From: an uncultured virus (IMG/VR IMGVR_UViG_3300023179_000090)
Lineage: Duplodnaviria > Heunggongvirae > Uroviricota > Caudoviricetes > Demerecviridae
Virus record (IMG/VR): IMGVR_UViG_3300023179_000090
Direction: 5' to 3' (one strand)
Length of the DNA: 20,000 bases
The position numbers were made by a program, and so were the translations under genes. Position 1 is the stretch's first letter. Each line of letters begins with the position of its first letter. Positions 9,748 to 16,606 of this stretch are shown here, in pieces. A model generated the notes under the pieces. That model made no database searches. It was not told where the DNA came from and was given only the letters and a program-made list of their open reading frames with translations.

Positions 9748-10164
9748 ATGTTTATATTAAATTTTATACCAGATTGGTTTTTTCCGGCCATAACCATATT
9801 ATCATTATTAATATTTATAATTAGTCGTTATATTAAGTTACCTCAAGCTCAACTTATACACTATACTAGTATAATATTTTTTGCAATAGGATTATTTATG
9901 GTTGGTGCTAATTGGAATAATAACCATTGGTTAGCAAAAGTAAAAGAAGTAGAAGCTCAACTTGCAATAGTACAAGCAGAAGCCGCTAAAGAAAATATTA
10001 AAATAGTAGAAAAAATAATTACTCGCCGCGAATTAGTACGTATACAAGGTAATGAGTTAATTAAATATATTGATCGTGAAAAGGTAGTAATTGATGAAAA
10101 CTGTAAACTACCACAACCAGTAATAGATGCACATAATAAAGCAGTACAACCAAATAAGGAGTAG
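9748..10164 (+). CDS. Putative inner-membrane spanin (i-spanin, Rz-like)
   Basis: N-terminal hydrophobic segments (aa ~11-27 and ~37-54), then a coiled-coil (WLAKVKEVEAQLAIVQAEAAKEN) and a C-terminal Cys (DENCKLP). Lies upstream of an o-spanin-like lipoprotein and an endolysin. Confidence 0.7.
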   Translation: MFILNFIPDWFFPAITILSLLIFIISRYIKLPQAQLIHYTSIIFFAIGLFMVGANWNNNHWLAKVKEVEAQLAIVQAEAAKENIKIVEKIITRRELVRIQGNELIKYIDREKVVIDENCKLPQPVIDAHNKAVQPNKE

Positions 10165-10167
10165 TAA

Positions 10168-10857
10168 ATGCCAACCTCAGTAAGGTCAGTTATTTCATCA
10201 AATTTTCAAGGTATACAAGGTATACAAGGTATATCTGGTCAATATGCTAGTCAAGGCGTACAAGGAGCACAAGGACCTTCAGGTGGCCCAACAGGAGCTC
10301 AAGGTTTTAGAGGTATACAAGGATTTAGAGGTTTTCAAGGCGTTCAAGGTACTCTTGGTATTCAGGGTATTCAAGGATTAGATGGTTTATACGTTTCTCA
10401 AGGTATTCAAGGTATTCAAGGTATTCAAGGTAGACAAGGTTTACAGGGTATACAAGGTACCTTTATACAAGGAAGTCAAGGACAAAGTGGTATAAGTTTT
10501 AATCAAGGTTTACAAGGTTTACAAGGCGTACAGGGTCCAGGATTTCAAAACTTACCTAGATCAGGAAATGCAAAAGGATCTGCATATACTTTGGTAAAAA
10601 CAGACGTAGGCCAATATATAGAAATAGCTAATACTAATGGTAGTATAATAGTACCACGAGATATATTTGATGCTGGTGATATAGTTTCTATAGCTAATAA
10701 TTGTGCTGGTAGTATTAATATTACTACTAGTAGTACTACTATGTATCTTGCAGGACAAGATACAGCAAAAGCAAGTATTATACTTGCTACTAGAGGAGTA
10801 GCAAGTATTTTATTTATGTCACCTACTATTTGTATTGTTAGCGGAACCATAGGATAA
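10168..10857 (+). CDS. Collagen-like (G-X-Q)n fibre protein with C-terminal beta-sandwich domain
   Basis: Interrupted GIQ/GLQ/GVQ/GFR triplets over aa ~14-128. C-terminal YTLVKTDVGQYI...AGDIVSIANN...LATRGVASILF...VSG. SD AAGGAG upstream. Confidence 0.8.
   Translation: MPTSVRSVISSNFQGIQGIQGISGQYASQGVQGAQGPSGGPTGAQGFRGIQGFRGFQGVQGTLGIQGIQGLDGLYVSQGIQGIQGIQGRQGLQGIQGTFIQGSQGQSGISFNQGLQGLQGVQGPGFQNLPRSGNAKGSAYTLVKTDVGQYIEIANTNGSIIVPRDIFDAGDIVSIANNCAGSINITTSSTTMYLAGQDTAKASIILATRGVASILFMSPTICIVSGTIG
10207..10233 (+). repeat. 9-bp tandem repeat (CAAGGTATA)x3 in collagen-like gene
   Basis: Read directly from the sequence. Encodes QGI x3. Confidence 0.9.
10402..10428 (+). repeat. 9-bp tandem repeat (GGTATTCAA)x3 in collagen-like gene
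   Basis: Read directly from the sequence. Encodes GIQ x3. Confidence 0.9.
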
Positions 10858-10861
10858 TATT

Positions 10862-11773
10862 ATGGCAATAGCACCAGGCATAGCAGGTTTATTTGTTGGA
10901 AGTATTAATCCACAAATTGATCTTACAACCGCTGTAGCTGGACAAGCTGCTTATACTACTGCTGGTACATATACCTGGACCTGTCCAGCAGGAGTATATA
11001 AGGTATCTGTATTGGCTATAGGTGGTGGTGGAGCAGGTAATAATAGTGGAGGCAGTGGTGGTGGAGGTGGATTATGTTGGAGAAATGAAATTTCTGTTTC
11101 TCCAGGATCAGGTTATACAGTGGTAGTAGGTGCTGGTGGTTCATCTGGAGGAAATGGTGGTGATAGTTATTTTATTAATACTAGTACTATTGTAGCATAT
11201 GGTGGTGCTGGTGGACTTACAAGAACAGGTGGATCCTATCTTAATGTTTTTCGTAGTGGTGGTGGTCAAGGTGGTACTGGTGGTTTAGGTGGTGCTAGTG
11301 GCGGAGGTGGGGCTGGCGGCTATACTGGTAATGGTGGTTATGGTGGCAGAGGCGATTATATACAAAATAGCGCTTTGCAAGTAGGTGGAAATGGAGATGG
11401 AGGTGCTGCTGGTGGCGGTGGTGGTGCTTTTAATACTTATGGTAATGGAAATGGTGTTTTCCCAGGAGGAAGTGGTGGAGGAACAGGTATATTCGGTATT
11501 GGTACTAGTGGTCTTGGTGGATACTCTACTTATGGTTATTGGGGTGTAGATGGTGGCGGAGGTGCGGCTGGTAGTGGTGGATTTAATGGTAGTAACGGCG
11601 GCGGTAATTTCTATTGGCAAGTAGCAGATCCTGGACCAACAGGTGGTGCTTATGGAGGTGGTGGAGCCCCAGGAGTCGATGGTGGTGGCCCAGGCAATGG
11701 TGCTGTTGGAGCTGTAAGAATTATTTGGGGACAACGGCGTTGGTATCCAGGATTTAGAACAGAGAATTTATAG
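10862..11773 (+). CDS. Glycine-rich domain protein (stand-alone paralog of the C-terminus of 4841..9682); likely fibre tip/receptor-binding partner
   Basis: YTTAGTYTWTCPAGV..VSVLAIGGGG...YTVVVGAGG...GGDSYF...GAVRIIWG is colinear with the last ~280 aa of the 1613-aa protein. Confidence 0.8.
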   Translation: MAIAPGIAGLFVGSINPQIDLTTAVAGQAAYTTAGTYTWTCPAGVYKVSVLAIGGGGAGNNSGGSGGGGGLCWRNEISVSPGSGYTVVVGAGGSSGGNGGDSYFINTSTIVAYGGAGGLTRTGGSYLNVFRSGGGQGGTGGLGGASGGGGAGGYTGNGGYGGRGDYIQNSALQVGGNGDGGAAGGGGGAFNTYGNGNGVFPGGSGGGTGIFGIGTSGLGGYSTYGYWGVDGGGGAAGSGGFNGSNGGGNFYWQVADPGPTGGAYGGGGAPGVDGGGPGNGAVGAVRIIWGQRRWYPGFRTENL

Positions 11774-11774
11774 T

Positions 11775-12038
11775 ATGTTAAAATATTTATTATTTTTTAG
11801 CTTAGTACTAACTGGTTGCAGTACTACAGTGTCTGTTACTCAGCCTTTTCCAGAAGCGCCCAAACCTTTACTAGAAAAATGCAAATCTCTTAAACTTGTA
11901 CCAGATAATGTACAACTTAGCGAACTTACTAAAATAGTAGTTGAAAATTATATGGAATATCACATTTGTAGTGGTAATAATAATAGTTGGATAGAGTGGT
12001 ATCAAACACAACAGCGTATTTTTAATAAGGAAAAATAG
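11775..12038 (+). CDS. Putative outer-membrane lipoprotein spanin (o-spanin, Rz1-like)
   Basis: Signal peptide II with lipobox LTG-C15, Pro-rich linker (QPFPEAPKPLLEKC) and two further Cys. Stop overlaps the endolysin GTG start. Confidence 0.8.
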   Translation: MLKYLLFFSLVLTGCSTTVSVTQPFPEAPKPLLEKCKSLKLVPDNVQLSELTKIVVENYMEYHICSGNNNSWIEWYQTQQRIFNKEK

Positions 12039-12649
12039 TGGAATTAACACAAGAACAACTTCAACAAATAATTCCTAAAAATAAGTATGTTAGCTACTGG
12101 TATCAAGCACTACAACAGTTACTACCACAGTATGAAATTAATACTACAGAACGCATAGCAGCCTTTCTAGCACAGTGTGCACACGAATCAGGTGGTTTTG
12201 TTTTTATTAAAGAAAATCTTAACTATCGTTGGGCTAGCTTACGAAAAACATTTCCCAAGTATTTTCCAACGGATGCATTGGCGCAACAATATGAAAAGCA
12301 GCCTGAAAAAATTGCTAACCGTGTATATGCTAATCGCATGGGCAATGGTCCTGAGGAGTCGGGAGATGGTTATAGATTTTGTGGGCGTGGATTAATACAG
12401 GTAACTGGACGAGAAAACTACAGCTGGTTTGCTGCCAGCTTACAAATTAGTCCAGAAGAAGCTAGTGAGTATATGGAGACCTTTGAAGGTGCTGCACAGA
12501 GTGCATGTTGGTTTTGGGAATCAAATAATTTAAATCAGTGGGCTGATAAGCAGGATATAGTTACACTTACAAAACGCATTAACGGTGGAACAATCGGATT
12601 AGAGGATAGAAAAAAGCATTACGAACATTGCTTGCATATATTAAGCTAA
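12038..12649 (+). CDS. Endolysin, glycoside hydrolase family 19 (chitinase-like lysozyme)
   Basis: AAFLAQCAHESGGF, ENLNY, IANRVYANRMGNG, GDGYRFCGRGLIQVTGRENY, SACWFW, TKRINGGTIGLEDR. GTG start with SD AAGGA. Confidence 0.93.
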   Translation: MELTQEQLQQIIPKNKYVSYWYQALQQLLPQYEINTTERIAAFLAQCAHESGGFVFIKENLNYRWASLRKTFPKYFPTDALAQQYEKQPEKIANRVYANRMGNGPEESGDGYRFCGRGLIQVTGRENYSWFAASLQISPEEASEYMETFEGAAQSACWFWESNNLNQWADKQDIVTLTKRINGGTIGLEDRKKHYEHCLHILS

Positions 12650-12666
12650 AATAAGGGGTGTATATT

Positions 12667-12825
12667 ATGCCAATCAAGTCTGTAAAAGCACCTGAACAAT
12701 CAGCTACACCACCAGCAGATAAAAAAATTCATACAGCTGGGTTAGGCTTTGTTTTACTTATACTAACAAATTATCAGGCTGAAGTAAAACAAATATTACA
12801 AGTTATTATGAAATGGATAACATAA
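12667..12825 (+). CDS. Small 52-aa protein not in the ORF track (short hydrophobic segment; holin/membrane-peptide candidate)
   Basis: MPIKSVKAPEQSATPPADKKIHTAGLGFVLLILTNYQAEVKQILQVIMKWIT*. SD AAGGGG at 12653-12658. Its stop overlaps the next ATG (TAATG, 12823-12827) and it fills the gap exactly. Confidence 0.75.
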   Translation: MPIKSVKAPEQSATPPADKKIHTAGLGFVLLILTNYQAEVKQILQVIMKWIT

Positions 12826-13544
12826 TGAAAATAATTAATAAAATTTTAGATTATTCTAAAACGCCTTTTATATTAGCAGCAATTATTTTTATATGTAGTT
12901 TAATTTTATTGAGTATTTTTAAAACTGCTGAAACACAATTAAATCATTTAAATAATGCTATGGTTATAGCAAATGAAATGTCTGATAGTAGTGATAATCT
13001 TACTAATTATGCTAGATATTATGTTACTACAAAAGATGAGCAGTGGAAAAAAAGATTTGAAAATATTATTAAAATAAGAAATGGTGAAGAAGCAAATAAA
13101 GATAATGTAAAAATTAGTTTTAAAGATAAAGTAAAAGCATTTGGATTTTCTAATAATGAATTAGATCTTATACTTAAATCGGAAAATTTAAGTAATAATT
13201 TAGCCATACTAGAAGTGAAAGCATTTGATTCTATAAGTCAAGGTAAAATAGAACAAAATTGGGATGTACAACAATTTCATTATACACAAGCTCAAATATT
13301 TATGTTTGGAGAAGATTATACTAAACATAAAAATGAAATAATGAATACTATTGATAAATTTACAAAAAATGTTTATACTAGGCTAGAGCATGATTATCAA
13401 ATTAGCATGAAATTAGCATGGATATTAATAACTATAATTAATGTATCTTTAATAATTTTAGTTATATCTGTGCAACATCATAATAAAACAATATTAATGT
13501 CTAGTGCAAAAGTTTCTACTAGTAAAAGAAAAGTAAAGGGCTAA
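12825..13544 (+). CDS. Membrane-anchored periplasmic sensor (helical-bundle ligand-binding domain of MCP/histidine-kinase type) lacking any cytoplasmic output domain
   Basis: TM1 (PFILAAIIFICSLILLSIF), helical domain with SSDNLTNYARYYVTTKD...IIKIRNGE...FGFSNNEL...SNNLAILE..AF...MFGEDY..HKNEIM..IDKF, TM2 (LAWILITIINVSLIILVISV), then a ~23-aa basic tail. Start moved from 12813 to 12825 because of TAATG coupling. Confidence 0.7.
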   Translation: MKIINKILDYSKTPFILAAIIFICSLILLSIFKTAETQLNHLNNAMVIANEMSDSSDNLTNYARYYVTTKDEQWKKRFENIIKIRNGEEANKDNVKISFKDKVKAFGFSNNELDLILKSENLSNNLAILEVKAFDSISQGKIEQNWDVQQFHYTQAQIFMFGEDYTKHKNEIMNTIDKFTKNVYTRLEHDYQISMKLAWILITIINVSLIILVISVQHHNKTILMSSAKVSTSKRKVKG

Positions 13545-13547
13545 ATT

Positions 13548-13760
13548 ATGCCATTAATATTACTAATTATAAGTTTATTTTTAGTTAGTTGTAGTGATAT
13601 GTATCGTTATCCATGTCAAAATCCAGATAATTGGGAACACAAAGTATGTAAAAAACCTTACTGTAATGCTAATGGTACGTGCCCGGAAGATTTAACACCT
13701 TATGAAAAAGAACGTATTAGCAATAATCAATGGCGACCAAAGCAAAAGGATTGTAAATGA
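13548..13760 (+). CDS. Small Cys-rich lipoprotein (70 aa)
   Basis: Lipobox LVS-C15, then YRYPCQNPDNW....C..P.C...GTCPEDL. SD AAGGG upstream. ATGA overlap with the next gene. Confidence 0.8.
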   Translation: MPLILLIISLFLVSCSDMYRYPCQNPDNWEHKVCKKPYCNANGTCPEDLTPYEKERISNNQWRPKQKDCK

Positions 13761-14203
13761 TTAAAGATTTATGGAGTGGTCCACGTTATACTGAAGACGA
13801 GTTAATGGCTCGACTTAAATTTTTTATAGGTATGACACTAGCCTTAACATTATTTGGTATTGTGTTTGTTGTACTTTACAGTTTAATATTTGTAACTCAA
13901 CCAATGAATGGTATGAGTCCTGTAGATAATAAATTTTTTGAACTTATAATTCCTATTGCTACATTTTTAACAGGTACACTTAGTGGTATTATGTTAGCAC
14001 ATGGGGATAAAGAAGCACAAAAAGAAGCATTAAAATCTGCAAACAAAGGTTGGGATCGTCCACCTAGCCCATCGCCTACAACAATGCCTACAATTACAGT
14101 TGGTAGTACTGGTGTTAATATAGGTACAAATGGTGGTAATCAAGTAAGTGTTGGTTTTGGAGGCAAACCACAGCCACCACAACCACAATTTCCAGAAATA
14201 TAA
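13757..14203 (+). CDS. Two-TM membrane protein with Pro/Gly-rich tail (holin candidate or lipoprotein partner)
   Basis: TMs FFIGMTLALTLFGIVFVVLYSLIFV and FFELIIPIATFLTGTLSGIMLA. Tail PPSPSP...GKPQPPQPQFPEI. SD AAGGA. Confidence 0.75.
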   Translation: MIKDLWSGPRYTEDELMARLKFFIGMTLALTLFGIVFVVLYSLIFVTQPMNGMSPVDNKFFELIIPIATFLTGTLSGIMLAHGDKEAQKEALKSANKGWDRPPSPSPTTMPTITVGSTGVNIGTNGGNQVSVGFGGKPQPPQPQFPEI

Positions 14204-14214
14204 AGGTTGTAAAT

Positions 14215-14490
14215 ATGTCAAAAACTTTATTAGCAATACTAGTATCAACTTTTTTAGTAACTAATACATTAGCATCAGAAACTATTGTTAAAAAAGAAGA
14301 AAAACCTCCTACTAAAAAAGAAGAAAAAGCTCCTAGTAAGAAAGAAGATGCTAAAAAAGAAAAAGCTTGTATTGATAAAGTAAAGGATGGTAAACCAATT
14401 TTAAATAAAGAAGGTAAGCCGGAACAAGTTTGTAAGGAAGTTAAGATTCATGAGAAATTAGAAGGTAATAAAGTACCGGATAAGAAGTAA
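14215..14490 (+). CDS. Small exported Lys/Glu-rich protein with one Cys pair
   Basis: Sec-type signal peptide (MSKTLLAILVSTFLVTNTLA), KKEEK repeats, two Cys (KACID...QVCKE). SD AAGG. Confidence 0.75.
   Translation: MSKTLLAILVSTFLVTNTLASETIVKKEEKPPTKKEEKAPSKKEDAKKEKACIDKVKDGKPILNKEGKPEQVCKEVKIHEKLEGNKVPDKK
14290..14337 (+). repeat. 24-bp tandem duplication (KKEEKPPT/KKEEKAPS)
   Basis: AAAAAAGAAGAAAAACCTCCTACT / AAAAAAGAAGAAAAAGCTCCTAGT, 22 of 24 identical. Confidence 0.85.
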
Positions 14491-14517
14491 TCTTTGACTA
14501 ACTTAATAGGAATTAAT

Positions 14518-15186
14518 ATGGGCAAAAGCAGTGCAAAAAAGCAACGTAATGTAATACCCATAGATTTTGGTTTTAGAGATATAAAACCATTGAATTATAT
14601 TCAAGAAACTTATTTACAGGCAATACATAATAATGATATAATTTTTGGTATAGGTAGTGCAGGTACAGGTAAAACATATATTGCAGCAACCTATGCAGCC
14701 GGTGAACTATATCACAGACGTATAAGAAAAATTATATTAACTAGACCAAATGTTGAAACTGGTAAAGGATTAGGATTTTTACCTGGTACATTAGAAGAAA
14801 AATATTTACCATACTTAGAACCATTTAACGAAATATTTACTCGTAGTTTAGGAGCTGGATTTTATGAATATGCACTTAATAAAGGTGATATAGAACCTAA
14901 GCCATTGGGATTTATGCGAGGAACTACTTTTGATGATTGCATAGTCTTACTAGACGAAGCACAAAATGCTACTTGTGAAGAAATGAAAATGATCTTAAGT
15001 AGAATAGGTAAAAACTGTAAAATAATAGTTAGTGGAGATCAGGAGCAAAGTGATATTCATAATAGTGGACTAGAAGATGCTGCTAAAAGACTAGAACATA
15101 TTAAAGGTATAGAAGTTGTTAGATTTATGGATCATGATATTGTTCGTAGTAAATTATGTAAAGATATTATAATGGCTTACCGATAG
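14518..15186 (+). CDS. phoH: PhoH-family ATPase
   Basis: Walker A GSAGTGKT, ILTRPNVE, LGFLPGTLEEK..PY, FMRGTTF, LLDEAQN, SRIG..CK...SGD.EQSD, DIVRS. ATG at 14518 with SD AGGA is preferred to the TTG at 14494. Confidence 0.95.
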   Translation: MGKSSAKKQRNVIPIDFGFRDIKPLNYIQETYLQAIHNNDIIFGIGSAGTGKTYIAATYAAGELYHRRIRKIILTRPNVETGKGLGFLPGTLEEKYLPYLEPFNEIFTRSLGAGFYEYALNKGDIEPKPLGFMRGTTFDDCIVLLDEAQNATCEEMKMILSRIGKNCKIIVSGDQEQSDIHNSGLEDAAKRLEHIKGIEVVRFMDHDIVRSKLCKDIIMAYR

Positions 15187-15197
15187 GAGTTATAGCT

Positions 15198-15383
15198 ATG
15201 GAAACTATTGCCGAAGCAGCTAGTAAACTGTGGTTTTTAGGAGCTGGCTTAGTTGCCATAGCTGCCTATGCTGTTACAATCAAAGTAAGATTAGATTACC
15301 TAGAAAAAAATTACGATAAACAAATTACTGCATTATGGGATCAAGTAAATAGATTACTTAAAGATGTGAAAAATGGAAACTAA
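15198..15383 (+). CDS. 61-aa single-TM protein with short coiled coil
   Basis: SD AGGAG. TM LWFLGAGLVAIAAYAVTI followed by an amphipathic helix. Overlaps the cyclase start by 11 nt. Confidence 0.75.
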   Translation: METIAEAASKLWFLGAGLVAIAAYAVTIKVRLDYLEKNYDKQITALWDQVNRLLKDVKNGN

Positions 15384-16605
15384 ACTAGCAACTATTATAT
15401 GTGGTGATGTTATTGGTTATAGTTCACAAATGCAGCAGGATGAACTAGCTACACTAGCTAAATTAGATAAATGTCGTAGTATAATTGATCCACTAATTAG
15501 TAAATATCGAGGTAGGCTATTTAATACTGGTGGTGATAGTATATTTGTAGAATTTGCTAGTGCTGTTGATGCTGTTAAATTTAGTATTAATATGCAAGAT
15601 GATATGTACAAATTAAATAATGGTATGCACTGGCGTATTGGTATTCATATAGGAGAAGTTTGGATATATGGAACTAATCTTATGGGTGATGCCGTTAATC
15701 TTGCTGCTCGTTGTGAAAGTTTAGCTGACTATGGTGGAGTTACTATGACTCAGTCAGTTTATGATTTAGTAAAGGGTAAAATAAAAGAATACCAATATAT
15801 TAGTCGTGGCAAGCAACAGTTTAAAAATGTAGATTCAATGGAAATATGGAGTGTAGTACTCTCATATGCAAAGGCTAATCCACACCTAAATAAATTGCCT
15901 AAAATTGAAAATAGTACAGCAGTTAAAAGTCATAAAGAACTTATAGCTGCTGTAGTAAACGATCAAGCAGCTAGAAATAAAACTTTAGCGGATGCTCAAA
16001 ATTTTAAACGTAATAATAATTTTAATGCAGCTACTAGAATTTTAATGTGGCGTATTAGTAAACACGACAATCAAGCAATAGATGAATTGGTTGATATGTT
16101 TCAAAAAAATTTAATTACACCAGAATTAAAACCTTATACACTAGCAGTATTTAGTGAATTTTGTCAAAATATTAATAGTGAAACAGCGATAAAAATAGCT
16201 GATGTAGTACTCGAAGATAGTCATAGCTTAAGTATTAAACTTTTGCAACAAGCTGCAAAAGTCAATGAAGAAGCCAGTTATAAATTAGCTATGCTAATAT
16301 TTAACAATTCTAATAGTAGTGCTAGTGAGATTAATAGTGTTATAGTTGACCTACAAGAAAGCGCTATGAAACGCAAAACACCAGCTATGCTTAGTTTAGG
16401 TAAATATTATTTAAAATTACAAGATAATAAAAATGCTTTTCGTTGGTTATATGCTGCTCGGGCAGAACATAATGCAGAAGCACAAAAATTATTAGAGCAG
16501 TTAAATAAAAATATTAGTAAAACTGATTTTAATAATTTTAAAACAGATGCAGATGCACTAGTAGATCAAATTAAATTTATGGATGATAACAGGATGAAAC
16601 AATAA
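15373..16605 (+). CDS. Class III nucleotidyl (adenylate/guanylate-type) cyclase with C-terminal SEL1/TPR-like helical repeats
   Basis: LATIICGD12VIGYS, FNTGGD55SIFVEF, RIGIHIGEV, GDAVN109LAAR113CE, FKNV. C-terminal AMLSLGKYY...DNKNAFRWLYAA...AEAQKLL resembles SEL1. Confidence 0.9.
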   Translation: METKLATIICGDVIGYSSQMQQDELATLAKLDKCRSIIDPLISKYRGRLFNTGGDSIFVEFASAVDAVKFSINMQDDMYKLNNGMHWRIGIHIGEVWIYGTNLMGDAVNLAARCESLADYGGVTMTQSVYDLVKGKIKEYQYISRGKQQFKNVDSMEIWSVVLSYAKANPHLNKLPKIENSTAVKSHKELIAAVVNDQAARNKTLADAQNFKRNNNFNAATRILMWRISKHDNQAIDELVDMFQKNLITPELKPYTLAVFSEFCQNINSETAIKIADVVLEDSHSLSIKLLQQAAKVNEEASYKLAMLIFNNSNSSASEINSVIVDLQESAMKRKTPAMLSLGKYYLKLQDNKNAFRWLYAARAEHNAEAQKLLEQLNKNISKTDFNNFKTDADALVDQIKFMDDNRMKQ

Positions 16606-16606
16606 T

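Noticed and set aside
8850..11773. Diversity-generating retroelement TR/VR pair between the two Gly-rich regions
   Set aside because: Nucleotide differences are spread over synonymous sites and all bases rather than being adenine-specific. No reverse transcriptase in the window.
12177..12395. +1-frame ORF within the endolysin as an embedded lysis gene
   Set aside because: No lipobox, convincing TM or clear SD. The endolysin's higher GC is not confined to this ORF. Not fully excluded.
851..15611. Antisense ORFs in the track (851, 3327, 4190, 4934, 5720, 7190, 7630, 10545, 10561, 11285, 13019, 14030, 15417)
   Set aside because: They are shadows of + strand genes with biased codons (S/T/I/C-rich), with no motifs and no supporting context.
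15198..16605. Pycsar or CBASS defence system
   Set aside because: No cNMP-binding effector (CNBD-TM or CNBD-TIR) nearby, the cyclase resembles soluble bacterial class III enzymes with helical repeats, and there are no CD-NTase motifs.
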